Origin: Eledone cirrhosa | Lineage: Eukaryota | DNA length: 64,000 nucleotides | NCBI GenBank assembly: GCA_964016885.1 | Contig: OZ024749.1 | Coordinates: forward strand, 12,896,001 to 12,960,000 | Direction: 5' to 3' | Part shown: one piece after another, positions 26,001-41,300 of the stretch | How the letters are laid out: each line of letters starts with the position of its first letter | Position numbering within the stretch: the first letter of the stretch is position 1 | Notes under the pieces: generated by a model | What the model was told of the DNA's origin: nothing | What the model saw: only the letters and a program-made list of their open reading frames with translations | The model's database searches: none | Made by a program: the position numbers and the translations under genes

Positions 26001-29000
26001 ACATAAACCACCACCCAGTGTAACACCCCCATCTGGTCCTCGGCTGTCTTTAATGGAATCTAGTCCACTACACTGCTAGACATAAACCACCACCCAGTTT
26101 AACACCCCCATCTGGTCCTCGGCTGTCTTTAATAGAATCTAGTCCACTACACTGCTAGACATAAACCACCACCCAGTTTAACACCCCCATCCGGTCCTCG
26201 GCTGTCTTTAATGGAATCTAGTCCACTACACTACTGGACATAAACCACCACCCAGTTTAACACCCCCATCTGGTCCTCGGCTGTCTTTAATAGAATCTAG
26301 TCCACTACACTGCTGGACATAAACCACCACCCAGTTTAACACCCCCATCTAGTCCTCGGCTGTCTCTAATAGAATCTAGTCCACTACACTGCTAGACATA
26401 AACCACCACCCTGTTTAACACCCCCATCTTGTCCTCGGCTGTCTTTATTGGAATCTAGTCCACTACACTGCTAGACATAAACCACCACCCAGTTTAACAC
26501 CCCCATCCCGTCCTCGGCTGTCTTTAATAGAATCTAGTCCACTACACTGCTAGACATAAACCACCACCCAGTGTAACACCCCCATCTGGTCCTCGGCTGT
26601 CTTTAATGGAATCTAGTCCACTACACTGCTAGACATAAACCACCACCCAGTTTAACACCCCCATCTGGTCCTCGGCTGTCTTTAATAGAATCTAGTCCAC
26701 TACACTGCTAGACATAAACCACCACCCAGTTTAACACCCCCATCCGGTCCTCGGCTGCCTTTAATGGAATCTAGTCCACTACACTACTGGACATAAACCA
26801 CCACCCAGTTTAACACCCCCATCTGGTCCTCGGCTGTCTTTAATAGAATCTAGTCCACTACACTGCTGGACATAAACCACCACCCAGTTTAACACCCCCA
26901 TCTAGTCCTCGGCTGTCTCTAATAGAATCTAGTCCACTACACTGCTAGACATAAACCACCACCCTGTTTAACACCCCCATCTTGTCCTCGGCTGTCTTTA
27001 TTGGAATCTAGTCCACTACACTGCTAGACATAAACCACCACCCAGTTTAACACCCCCATCCGGTCCTCGGCTGTCTTTAATAGAATCTAGTCCACTACAC
27101 TGCTAGACATAAACCACCACCCAGTTTAACACCCCCATCTAGTCCTCGGCTGTCTTTAATAGAATCTAGTCCGCTACACTGCTAGACATAAACCACCACC
27201 CTGTTTAACACCCCCATCTAGTCCTCGGCTGTCTTTAATGGAATCTAGTCCACTACACTGCTAGACATAAACCACCACCCAGTTTAACACCCCCATCTAG
27301 TCCTCGGCTGTCTTTAATGGAATCTAGTCCACTACACTGCTAGACATAAACCACCACCCAGTTTAACACCCCCATCTGGTCCTCGGCTGTCTTTAATGGA
27401 ATCTAGTCCACTACACTGCTAGACATAAACCACCACTCAGTTTAACACCCCCATCTAGTCCTCGGCTGTCTTTAATGGAATCTAGTCCACTACACTGCTA
27501 GACATAAACCACCACCCAGTTTAACACCCCCATCTAGTCCTCGGCTGTCTTTAATGGAATCTAGTCCACTACACTGCTAGACATAAACCACCACCCAGTT
27601 TAACACCCCCATCTGGTCCTCGGCTGTCTTTAATGGAATCTAGTCCACTACACTGCTAGACATAAACCACCACCCAGTTTAACACCCCCATCTGGTCCTC
27701 GGCTGTCTTTAATGGAATCTAGTCCACTACACTGCTAGACATAAACCACCACCCAGTTTAACACCCCCATCTGGTCCTCGGCTGTCTTTAACAGAATCTA
27801 GTACACTACACTACTAGACATAAACCACCACCCAGTTTAACACCCCCATGTAGTCCTCGGCAGTCTTTAATAGAATCTAGTCCACTACACTGCTAGACAT
27901 AAACCACCACCCAGTTTAACACCCCCATCTGGTCCTCGGCTGTCTTTAATAGAATCTAGTCCTCTACACTGCTAGACATAAACCACCACCCAGTTTAACA
28001 CCACCATCTGGTCCTCGGCTGTCTTTAATGGAATCTAGTCCACTACACTGCTAGACATAAACCACCACCCAGTTTAACATCACCATCCGGTCCTCGGCTG
28101 TCTTTAATAGAATCTAGTCCACTACACTGCTAGACATAAACCACCACCCAGTTTAACACCACCATCTGGTCCTCGGCTGTCTTTAATGGAATCTAGTCCA
28201 CTACACTGCTAGACATAAACCACCACCCAGTTTAACACCCCCATCTAGTCCTCGGCTGTCTTTAATGGAATCTAGTCCACTACACTGCTAGACATAAACC
28301 ACCACCCTGTTTAACACCCCCATCTGGTCCTCGGCTGTCTTTAATGGAATCTAGTGCACTACACTGCTAGATATAAACCACCACCCAGTTTAACACCCCC
28401 ATCTGGTCCTCGGCTGTCTTTAATAGAATCTAGTCCACTACACTGCTAGACATAAACCACCACCCAGTTTAACACCCCCATCTGGTCCTCGGCTGTCTTT
28501 AATGGAATCTAGTGCACTACACTGCTAGACATAAACCACCACCCAGTTTAACACCCCCATCTAGTCCTCGGCTGTCTTTAATAGAATCTAGTCCACTACA
28601 CTGCTAGACATAAACCACCACCCAGTTTAACACCCCCATCTGGTCCTCGGCTGTCTTTAATAGAATCTAGTCCACTATACTGCTAGACATAAACCACCAC
28701 CCAGTTTAACACCCCCATCTGGTCCTCGGCTGTCTTTAATGGAATCTAGTCCACTACACTGCTAGACATAAACCACCACCCAGTTTAACACCCCCATCCC
28801 GTCCTCGGCTGTCTTTAATAGAATCTAGTCCACTACACTGCTAGACATAAACCACCACCCAGTGTAACACCCCCATCTGGTCCTCGGCTGTCTTTAATGG
28901 AATCTAGTCCACTACACTGCTAGACATAAACCACCACCCAGTTTAACACCCCCATCTGGTCCTCGGCTGTCTTTAATAGAATCTAGTCCACTACACTGCT

Positions 29001-29537
29001 AGACATAAACCACCACCCAGTTTAACACCCCCATCTGGTCCTCGGCTGTCTTTAATGGAATCTAGTCCACTACACTACTGGACATAAACCACCACCCAGT
29101 TTAACACCCCCATCTGGTCCTCGGCTGTCTTTAATAGAATCTAGTCCACTACACTGCTGGACATAAACCACCACCCAGTTTAACACCCCCATCTAGTCCT
29201 CGGCTGTCTCTAATAGAATCTAGTCCACTACACTGCTAGACATAAACCACCACCCTGTTTAACACCCCCATCTTGTCCTCGGCTGTCTTTATTGGAATCT
29301 AGTCCACTACACTGCTAGACATAAACCACCACCCAGTTTAACACCCCCATCCGGTCCTCGGCTGTCTTTAATAGAATCTAGTCCACTACACTGCTAGACA
29401 TAAACCACCACCCAGTTTAACACCCCCATCTAGTCCTCGGCTGTCTTTAATAGAATCTAGTCCACTACACTGCTAGACATAAACCACCACCCTGTTTAAC
29501 ACCCCCATCTAGTCCTCGGCTGTCTTTAATGGAATCT
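23061..29537. repeat. 29-monomer block in about 2.6 tandem copies, with a nested 7-monomer duplication in copy 2
   Basis: TTATTGG marker at 24156, 26447, 27000, 29291 (spacings 2291, 553, 2291 = 29, 7, 29 monomers). AGTACAC marker 24959/27803 (2844 = 36 monomers). GTGCAC+GATAT at ~23219, 25509, 28353. Confidence 0.9.
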
Positions 29538-32223
29538 AGTCCACTACACTGCTAGACATAAACCACCACTCAGTTTAACACCCCCATCTAGTCCTCGGCT
29601 GTCTTTAATGGAATCTAGTCCACTACACTGCTAGACATAAACCACCACCCAGTTTAACACCCCCATCTAGTCCTCGGCTGTCTTTAATAGAATCTAGTCC
29701 ACTACACTGCTAGACATAAACCACCACCCAGTTTAACACCCCCATCTGGACCTCGGCTGTCTTTAAAAGAATCTAGTCCACTACACAGCTACACATAAAC
29801 CACCACCCTGTTTAACACCCCCATCTGGTCCTCGGCTGTGTTTAATAGAATCTAGTCCACTACACTGCTAGACATAAACCACCACCCATTTTAACACCCC
29901 CGTCTAGTCCTCGGCTGTCTTTAATAGAATCTAGTCCACTACACTGCTAGACATAAAACACCACCCAGTTTAACACCCCCATATGGTCCTCGGCTGTCTT
30001 TAATGGAATCTAGTCCTCTACACTGCTAGACATAAACCACCACCCTGTTTAACACCCTCATCTGGTCCTCGGTTGTCTTTAATGGAATCTAGTCCACTAC
30101 ACTGCTAGACATAAACCACCACCCAGTTTAACAACCCCTTCTAGTCCTCGGCTGTCTTTAATAGAATCTAGTCCATTACATTGCTAGACATAAACCACCA
30201 CCCAGTTTAACACCCCCATCTAGTCCTCGGCTGTCTTTAATAGAATCTAGGCCACTACACTGCTAGACATAAGACACCACCCAGTTTAACACCCCCATCT
30301 GGTCCATGGCTGTCTTTAATGGAATCTAGTCCACTACACTGCTAGACATAAACCACCACCCAGTTTAACACCCCCTTCTAGTCCTCGGCTGTCTTTAATA
30401 GAATCTAGTCCACTACACTGCTAGACATAAACCACCACCCTGTTTAACACCCCCATTCGGTCCTCGGCTGTCTTTAATAGAATCTAGTCCACTACACTGC
30501 TAGACATAAACCACCACCCAGTTTAACACCCCCATCTGGTCCTCGGCTGTCTTTAATAGAATCTAGTCCACTATACTGCTAGACATAAACCACCACCCAG
30601 TTTAACACCCCCATCTGGTCCTCGGCTGTCTTTAATGGAATCTAGTCCACTACACTGCTGGACATAAACCACCACCCAGTTTAACACCCCCATCCGGTCC
30701 TCGGCTGTCTTTAATAGAATCTAGCTCACTACACTGCTAGACATAAACCACCACCCAGTTTAACACCCCCATCTGGTCCTCGGCTGTCTTTAATGGAATC
30801 TAGTCCACTACACTGCTAGACATAAACCACCACCCAGTTTAACACCCCCATCCGGTCCTCGGCTGTCTTTAATGGAATCTAGCCCACTACACTGCTAGAC
30901 ATAAACCACCACCCAGTTTAACACCCCCATCTGGTCCTCGGCTGTCTTTAATGGAATCTAGTCCACTACACTGCTAGACATAAACCACCACCCAGTTTAA
31001 CACCCCCATCCGGTCCTCGGCTGTCTTTAATAGAATCTAGCCCACTACACTGCTAGACATAAACCACCACCCAGTTTAACACCCCCATCCGGTCCTCGGC
31101 TGTCTTTAATAGAATCTAGTCCACTACACTGCTAGACATAAACCACCACCCAGTTCAACACCCCCATCTAGTCCTCGGCTGTCTTTAATGGAATCTAGTC
31201 CACTACACTGCTAGACATAAACCACCACCCAGTTTAACACCCCCATCCGGTCCTCGGCTGTCTTTAATAGAATCTAGTCAACTACACTGCTAGACATCAA
31301 CCACCACCCAGTTTAACACCCCCATCTAGTCCTCGGCTGTCTTTAATAGAATCTAGCCCACTACACTGCTAGACATAAACCACCACCCTGTTTAACACCC
31401 CCATCTAGTCCTCGGCTGTCTTTAATGGAATCTAGTCCACTACACTGCTAGACATAAACCACCACCCTGTTTAACACCCCCATCTAGTCCTCGGCTGTCT
31501 TTAATGGAATCTAGTCCACTACACTGCTAGACATAAACCACCACCCAGTTTAACACCCCCATCTAGTCCTCGGCTGTCTTTAATGGAATCTAGTCCACTA
31601 CACTGCTAGACATAAACCACCACCCTGTTTAACACCCCCATCTAGTCCTCGGCTGTCTTTAATGGAATCTAGTCCACTACACTGCTAGACATAAACCACC
31701 ACCCAGTTTAACACCCCCATCTAGTCCTCGGCTGTCTTTAATGGAATCTAGTCCACTACACTGCTAGACATAAACCACCACCCAGTTTAACACCCCCATC
31801 TGGTCCTCGGCTGTCTTTAATGGAATCTAGTCCACTACACTGCTAGACATAAACCACCACCCAGTTTAACACCCCCATCTGGTCCTCGGCTGTCTTTAAT
31901 AGAATCTAGTCCACTACACTGCTAGACATAAACCACCACCCTGTTTAACACCCCCATCTGGTCCTCGGCTGTCTTTAATAGAATCTAGTCCACTACACTG
32001 CTAGACATAAACCACCACCCAGTTTAACACCCCCATCTGGTCCTCGGCTGTCTTTAATGGAATCTAGTCCACTACACTGCTAGACATAAACCACCACCCT
32101 GTTTAACACCCCCATCTGGTCCTCGGCTGTCTTTAATGGAATCTAGTCCACTACACTGCTAGACATAAACCACCACCCTGTTTAACACCCCCATCTGGTC
32201 CTCGGCTGTCTTTAATAGAATCT

Positions 32224-35200
32224 AGTCCACTACACTGCTAGACATAAACCACCACCCAGTTTAACACCCCCATCTGGTCCTCGGCTGTCTTTAATGGAAT
32301 CTAGTCCACTACACTGCTAGACATCAACCACCACCCAGTTTAACACCCCCATCTGGTCCTCGGCTGTCTTTAATGGAATCTAGTCCACTACACTGCTAGA
32401 CATAAACCACCACCCTGTTTAACACCCCCATCTGGTCCTCGGCTGTCTTTAATAGAATCTAGTCAACTACACTGCTAGACATAAACCACCACCCAGTTTA
32501 ACACCCCCATCTGGTCCTCGGCTGTCTTCAATGGAATCTAGTCCACTACACTGCTAGACATCAACCACCACCCAGTTTAACACCCCCATCTGGTCCTCGG
32601 CTGTCTTTAATGGAATCTAGTCCACTACACTGCTAGACATAAACCACCACCCTGTTTAACACCCCCATCTGGTCCTCGGCTGTCTTTAATAGAATCTAGT
32701 CCACTACACTGCTAGACATCAACCACCACCCAGTTTAACACCCCCATCTGGTCCTCGGCTGTCTTTAATGGAATCTAGTCCACTACACTGCTAGACATAA
32801 ACCACCACCCAGTTTAACACCCCCATCTGGTCCTCGGCTGTCTTTAATAGAATCTAGTCCACTACACTGCTAGCCATAAACCACCACCCTGTTTAACACC
32901 CCCATCTGGTCCTCGGCTGTCTTTAATGGAATCTAGTCCACTACACTGCTAGACATAAACCACCACCCTGTTTAACACCCCCATCTGGTCCTCGGCTGTC
33001 TTTAATAGAATCTAGTCAACTACACTGCTAGACATAAACCACCACCCAGTTTAACACCCCCATCTGGTCCTCGGCTGTCTTTAATGGAATCTAGTCCACT
33101 ACACTGCTAGACATCAACCACCACCCAGTTTAACACCCCCATCTGGTCCTCGGCTGTCTTTAATGGAATCTAGTCCACTACACTGCTAGACATAAACCAC
33201 CACCCTGTTTAACACCCCCATCTGGTCCTCGGCTGTCTTTAATAGAATCTAGTCCACTACACTGCTAGACATAAACCACCACCCAGTTTAACACCCCCAT
33301 CTGGTCCTCGGCTGTCTTTAATGGAATCTAGTCCACTACACTGCTAGACATCAACCACCACCCAGTTTAACACCCCCATCTGGTCCTCGGCTGTCTTTAA
33401 TGGAATCTAGTCCACTACACTGCTAGACATAAACCACCACCCAGTTTAACACCCCCATCTGGTACTCGGCTGTCTTTAATGGAATCTAGTCCACTACACT
33501 GCTAGACATAAACCACCACCCTGTTTAACACCCCCATCTGGTCCTCGGCTGTCTTTAATAGAATCTAGTCCACTACACTGCTAGACATCAACCACCACCC
33601 AGTTTAACACCCCCATCTGGTCCTCGGCTGTCTTTAATAGAATCTAGTCCACTACACTGCTAGACATAAACCACCACCCAGTTTAACACCCCCATCTAGT
33701 CCTCGGCTGTCTTTAATGGAATCTAGTCCACTACACTGCTAGACATAAACCACCACCCAGTTTAACACCCCCATCTAGTCCTCGGCTGTCTTTAATGGAA
33801 TCTAGTCCACTACACTGCTAGACATAAACCACCACCCTGTTTAACACCCCCATCTGGTCCTCGGCTGTCTTTAATGGAATCTAGTGCACTACACTGCTAG
33901 ATATAAACCACCACCCAGTTTAACACCCCCATCTGGTCCTCGGCTGTCTTTAATAGAATCTAGTCCACTACACTGCTAGACATAAACCACCACCCAGTTT
34001 AACACCCCCATCTGGTCCTCGGCTGTCTTTAATGGAATCTAGTCCACTACACTGCTAGACATAAACCACCACCCAGTTTAACACCCCCATCTAGTCCTCG
34101 GCTGTCTTTAATAGAATCTAGTCCACTACACTGCTAGACATAAACCACCACCCAGTTTAACACCCCCATCTGGTCCTCGGCTGTCTTTAATAGAATCTAG
34201 TCCACTACACTGCTAGACATAAACCACCACCCAGTTTAACACCCCCATCTGGTCCTCGGCTGTCTTTAATGGAATCTAGTCCACTACACTGCTAGACATA
34301 AACCACCACCCAGTTTAACACCCCCATCCGGTCCTCGGCTGTCTTTAATAGAATCTAGTCCACTACACTGCTAGACATAAACCACCACCCAGTTTAACAC
34401 CCCCATCTAGTCCTCGGCTGTCTTTAATAGAATCTAGTCCACTACACTGCTAGACATAAACCACCACCCTGTTTAACACCCCCATCTAGTCCTCGGCTGT
34501 CTTTAATGGAATCTAGTCCACTACACTGCTAGACATAAACCACCACTCAGTTTAACACTCCCATATGGTCCTCGGCTGTCTTTAATAGAATCTAGTCCAC
34601 TACACTGCTAGACATAAACCACCACCCAGTTTAACACCCCCATCTAGTCCTCGGCTGTCTTTAATGGAATCTAGTCCACTACACTGCTAGACATAAACCA
34701 CCACCCAGTTTAACACCCCCATCTAGTCCTCGGCTGTCTTTAATGGAATCTAGTCCACTACACTGCTAGACATAAACCACCACCCAGTTTAACACCCCCA
34801 TCTGGTCCTCGGCTGTCTTTAATGGAATCTAGTCCACTACACTGCTACACATAAACCACCACCCAGTTTAACACCCCCATCTGGTCCTCGGCTGTCTTTA
34901 ATGGAATCTAGTCCACTACACGGCTAGACATAAACCACCACCCAGTTTAACACCCCCATCTGGTCCTCGGCTGTCTTTAATGGAATCTAGTCCACTACAC
35001 TGCTAGACATAAACCACCACCCAGTTTAACACCCCCATCTGGTCCTCGGCTGTCTTTAACAGAATCTAGTACACTACACTACTAGACATAAACCACCACC
35101 CAGTTTAACACCCCCATGTAGTCCTCGGCAGTCTTTAATAGAATCTAAATCACTACACTGCTAGACATAAACCACCACCCAGTTTAACACCCCCATCTGG

Positions 35201-38200
35201 TCCTCGGCTGTCTTTAATAGAATCTAGTCCACTACACGGCTAGACATAAACCACCACCCAGTTTAACACCCCCATCTGGTCCTCGGCTGTCTTTAATGGA
35301 ATCTAGTCCACTACACTGCTAGACATAAACCACCACCCAGTTTAACACCCCCATCTGGTCCTCGGCTGTCTTTAATGGAATCTAGTCCACTACACTGCTA
35401 GACATCAACCACCACCCAGTTTAACACCCCCATCTGGTCCTCGGCTGTCTTTAATGGAATCTAGTCCACTACACTGCTAGACATAAACCACCACCCTGTT
35501 TAACACCCCCATCTGGTCCTCGGCTGTCTTTAATAGAATCTAGTCAACTACACTGCTAGACATAAACCACCACCCAGTTTAACACCCCCATCTGGTCCTC
35601 GGCTGTCTTCAATGGAATCTAGTCCACTACACTGCTAGACATCAACCACCACCCAGTTTAACACCCCCATCTGGTCCTCGGCTGTCTTTAATGGAATCTA
35701 GTCCACTACACTGCTAGACATAAACCACCACCCTGTTTAACACCCCCATCTGGTCCTCGGCTGTCTTTAATAGAATCTAGTCCACTACACTGCTAGACAT
35801 CAACCACCACCCAGTTTAACACCCCCATCTGGTCCTCGGCTGTCTTTAATGGAATCTAGTCCACTACACTGCTAGACATAAACCACCACCCAGTTTAACA
35901 CCCCCATCTGGTCCTCGGCTGTCTTTAATAGAATCTAGTCCACTACACTGCTAGCCATAAACCACCACCCTGTTTAACACCCCCATCTGGTCCTCGGCTG
36001 TCTTTAATGGAATCTAGTCCACTACACTGCTAGACATAAACCACCACCCTGTTTAACACCCCCATCTGGTCCTCGGCTGTCTTTAATAGAATCTAGTCAA
36101 CTACACTGCTAGACATAAACCACCACCCAGTTTAACACCCCCATCTGGTCCTCGGCTGTCTTTAATGGAATCTAGTCCACTACACTGCTAGACATCAACC
36201 ACCACCCAGTTTAACACCCCCATCTGGTCCTCGGCTGTCTTTAATGGAATCTAGTCCACTACACTGCTAGACATAAACCACCACCCTGTTTAACACCCCC
36301 ATCTGGTCCTCGGCTGTCTTTAATAGAATCTAGTCCACTACACTGCTAGACATAAACCACCACCCAGTTTAACACCCCCATCTGGTCCTCGGCTGTCTTT
36401 AATGGAATCTAGTCCACTACACTGCTAGACATCAACCACCACCCAGTTTAACACCCCCATCTGGTCCTCGGCTGTCTTTAATGGAATCTAGTCCACTACA
36501 CTGCTAGACATAAACCACCACCCAGTTTAACACCCCCATCTGGTACTCGGCTGTCTTTAATGGAATCTAGTCCACTACACTGCTAGACATAAACCACCAC
36601 CCTGTTTAACACCCCCATCTGGTCCTCGGCTGTCTTTAATAGAATCTAGTCCACTACACTGCTAGACATCAACCACCACCCAGTTTAACACCCCCATCTG
36701 GTCCTCGGCTGTCTTTAATAGAATCTAGTCCACTACACTGCTAGACATAAACCACCACCCAGTTTAACACCCCCATCTAGTCCTCGGCTGTCTTTAATGG
36801 AATCTAGTCCACTACACTGCTAGACATAAACCACCACCCAGTTTAACACCCCCATCTAGTCCTCGGCTGTCTTTAATGGAATCTAGTCCACTACACTGCT
36901 AGACATAAACCACCACCCTGTTTAACACCCCCATCTGGTCCTCGGCTGTCTTTAATGGAATCTAGTGCACTACACTGCTAGATATAAACCACCACCCAGT
37001 TTAACACCCCCATCTGGTCCTCGGCTGTCTTTAATAGAATCTAGTCCACTACACTGCTAGACATAAACCACCACCCAGTTTAACACCCCCATCTGGTCCT
37101 CGGCTGTCTTTAATGGAATCTAGTCCACTACACTGCTAGACATAAACCACCACCCAGTTTAACACCCCCATCTAGTCCTCGGCTGTCTTTAATAGAATCT
37201 AGTCCACTACACTGCTAGACATAAACCACCACCCAGTTTAACACCCCCATCTGGTCCTCGGCTGTCTTTAATAGAATCTAGTCCACTACACTGCTAGACA
37301 TAAACCACCACCCAGTTTAACACCCCCATCTGGTCCTCGGCTGTCTTTAATGGAATCTAGTCCACTACACTGCTAGACATAAACCACCACCCAGTTTAAC
37401 ACCCCCATCCGGTCCTCGGCTGTCTTTAATAGAATCTAGTCCACTACACTGCTAGACATAAACCACCACCCAGTTTAACACCCCCATCTAGTCCTCGGCT
37501 GTCTTTAATAGAATCTAGTCCACTACACTGCTAGACATAAACCACCACCCTGTTTAACACCCCCATCTAGTCCTCGGCTGTCTTTAATGGAATCTAGTCC
37601 ACTACACTGCTAGACATAAACCACCACTCAGTTTAACACTCCCATATGGTCCTCGGCTGTCTTTAATAGAATCTAGTCCACTACACTGCTAGACATAAAC
37701 CACCACCCAGTTTAACACCCCCATCTAGTCCTCGGCTGTCTTTAATGGAATCTAGTCCACTACACTGCTAGACATAAACCACCACCCAGTTTAACACCCC
37801 CATCTAGTCCTCGGCTGTCTTTAATGGAATCTAGTCCACTACACTGCTAGACATAAACCACCACCCAGTTTAACACCCCCATCTGGTCCTCGGCTGTCTT
37901 TAATGGAATCTAGTCCACTACACTGCTACACATAAACCACCACCCAGTTTAACACCCCCATCTGGTCCTCGGCTGTCTTTAATGGAATCTAGTCCACTAC
38001 ACGGCTAGACATAAACCACCACCCAGTTTAACACCCCCATCTGGTCCTCGGCTGTCTTTAATGGAATCTAGTCCACTACACTGCTAGACATAAACCACCA
38101 CCCAGTTTAACACCCCCATCTGGTCCTCGGCTGTCTTTAACAGAATCTAGTACACTACACTACTAGACATAAACCACCACCCAGTTTAACACCCCCATGT

Positions 38201-38306
38201 AGTCCTCGGCAGTCTTTAATAGAATCTAAATCACTACACTGCTAGACATAAACCACCACCCAGTTTAACACCCCCATCTGGTCCTCGGCTGTCTTTAATA
38301 GAATCT
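32224..38306. repeat. Near-identical tandem duplication of a 39-monomer block (period 3081 bp)
   Basis: CTTCAATGG 32529/35610, TAGCCATA 32871/35952, GGTACTCGG 33461/36542, ACTCCCATATGG 34557/37638 and CTAAATCAC ~35146/38227 are all offset by 3081 = 39x79. Confidence 0.92.
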
Positions 38307-41300
38307 AGTCCTCTACACTGCTAGACATAAACCACCACCCAGTTTAACACCCCCATCTGGACCTCGGCTGTCTTTAAAAGAATCTAGTCCTCTACACAGC
38401 TACACATAAACCACCACCCTGTTTAACACCCCCATCTGGTCCTCGGCTGTCTTTAATAGAATCTAGTCCACTACACTGCTAGACATAAACCACCACCCAT
38501 TTTAACACCCACGTCTAGTCCTCGGCTGTCTTTAAAGAATCTAGTCCACTACACTGCTAGACATAAAACACCACCCAGTTTAACACCCCCATATGGTCCT
38601 CGGCTGTCTTTAATGGAATCTAGTCCACTACACTGCTAGACATAAACCACCACCCTGTTTAACACCCTCATCTGGTCCTCGGTTGTCTTTAATGGAATCT
38701 AGTCCACTACACTGCTAGACATAAACCACCACCCAGTTTAACACCCCCTTCTAGTCCTCGGCTGTCTTTAATAGAATCTAGTCCATTACATTGCTAGACA
38801 TAAACCACCACCCAGTTTAACACCCCCATCTAGTCCTCGGCTGTCTTTAATAGAATCTAGGCCACTACACTGCTAGACATAAAACACCACCCAGTTTAAC
38901 ACCCCCATCTGGTCCTTGGCTGTCTTTAATGGAATCTAGTCCACTACACTGCTAGACATAAACCACCACCCAGTTTAACACCCTCATCAGGTCCTCGGTT
39001 GTTTTTAATGGAATCTAGTCCACTACACTGCTAGACATAAAACACCACCCAGTTTAACACCCCCATCCGGTCCTCGGCTGTCTTTAATAGAATCTAGTCC
39101 ACTACACTGCTAGACATAAACCACCACCCAGTTTAACACCCCCATCTGGTCCTCGGCTGTCTTTAATGGAATCTAGTCCACTACACTGCTAGATATAAAC
39201 CACCACCCAGTTTAACACCCCCATCTGGTCCTCGGCTGTCCTTAATAGAATCTAGTCCACTACACTGCTAGACATAAACCACCACCCAGTTTAACACCCC
39301 CATCTGGTCCTCGGCTGTCTTTAAAAGAATCTAGTCCACTACACTGCTAGATATAAACGACCACCCAGTTTAACACCCCCATCTGGTCCTCGGCTGTCTT
39401 TAATAGAATCTAGTCCACTATACTGCTAGACATAAACCACCACCCAGTTTAACACCCCCATCTGGTCCTCGGCTGTCTTTAATGGAATCTAGTCCACTAC
39501 ACTGCTAGACATAAACCACCACCCAGTTTAACACCCCCATCCGGTCCTCGGCTGTCTTTAATAGAATCTAGCCCACTACACTGCTAGACATAAACCACCA
39601 CCCTGTTTAACACCCCCATCTGGTCCTCGGCTGTCTTTAATGGAATCTAGTCCACTACACTGCTAGACATAAACCACCACCCAGTTTAACACCCCCATCC
39701 GGTCCTCGGCTGTCTTTAATAGAATCTAGTCCCCTACACTGCTAGACATAAACCACCACCCAGTTTAACACCCCCATCTAGTCCTCGGCTGTCTTTAATA
39801 GAATCTAGTCCACTACACTGCTAGACATAAACCACCACCCTGTTTAACACCCCCATCTAGTCCTCGGCTGTCTTTAATGGAATCTAGTCCACTACACTGC
39901 TAGACATAAACCACCACTCAGTTTAACACCCCCATCTAGTCCTCGGCTGTCTTTAATGGAATCTAGTCCACTACACTGCTAGACATAAACCACCACCCAG
40001 TTTAACACCCCCATCTAGTCCTCGGCTGTCTTTAATGGAATCTAGTCCACTACACTGCTAGACATAAACCACCACCCAGTTTAACACCCCCATCTAGTCC
40101 TCGGCTGTCTTTAATGGAATCTAGTCCACTACACTGCTAGACATAAACCACCACCCAGTTTAACACCCCCATCTAGTCCTCGGCTGTCTTTAATGGAATC
40201 TAGTCCACTACACTGCTAGACATAAACCACCACCCAGTTTAACACCCCCATCTAGTCCTCGGCTGTCTTTAATGGAATCTAGTCCACTACACTGCTAGAC
40301 ATAAACCACCACCCAGTTTAACACCCCCATCTGGTCCTCGGCTGTCTTTAATGGAATCTAGTCCACTACACTGCTAGACATAAACCACCACCCAGTTTAA
40401 CACCCCCATCTGGTCCTCGGCTGTCTTTAATGGAATCTAGTCCACTACACTGCTAGACATAAACCACCACCCAGTTTAACACCCCCATCTGGTCCTCGGC
40501 TGTCTTTAACAGAATCTAGTACACTACACTACTAGACATAAACCACCACCCAGTTTAACACCCCCATGTAGTCCTCGGCAGTCTTTAATAGAATCTAGTC
40601 CACTACACTGCTAGACATAAACCACCACCCAGTTTAACACCCCCATCTAGTCCTCGGCTGTCTTTAATAGAATCTAGTCCACTACACTGCTAGACATAAA
40701 CCACCACCCTGTTTAACACCCCCATCTAGTCCTCGGCTGTCTTTAATGGAATCTAGTCCACTACACTGCTAGACATAAACCACCACTCAGTTTAACACTC
40801 CCATATGGTCCTCGGCTGTCTTTAATAGAATCTAGTCCACTACACTGCTAGACATAAACCACCACCCAGTTTAACACCCCCATCTAGTCCTCGGCTGTCT
40901 TTAATGGAATCTAGTCCACTACACTGCTAGACATAAACCACCACCCAGTTTAACACCCCCATCTAGTCCTCGGCTGTCTTTAATGGAATCTAGTCCACTA
41001 CACTGCTAGACATAAACCACCACCCAGTTTAACACCCCCATCTGGTCCTCGGCTGTCTTTAATGGAATCTAGTCCACTACACTGCTACACATAAACCACC
41101 ACCCAGTTTAACACCCCCATCTGGTCCTCGGCTGTCTTTAATGGAATCTAGTCCACTACACGGCTAGACATAAACCACCACCCAGTTTAACACCCCCATC
41201 TGGTCCTCGGCTGTCTTTAATGGAATCTAGTCCACTACACTGCTAGACATAAACCACCACCCAGTTTAACACCCCCATCTGGTCCTCGGCTGTCTTTAAC

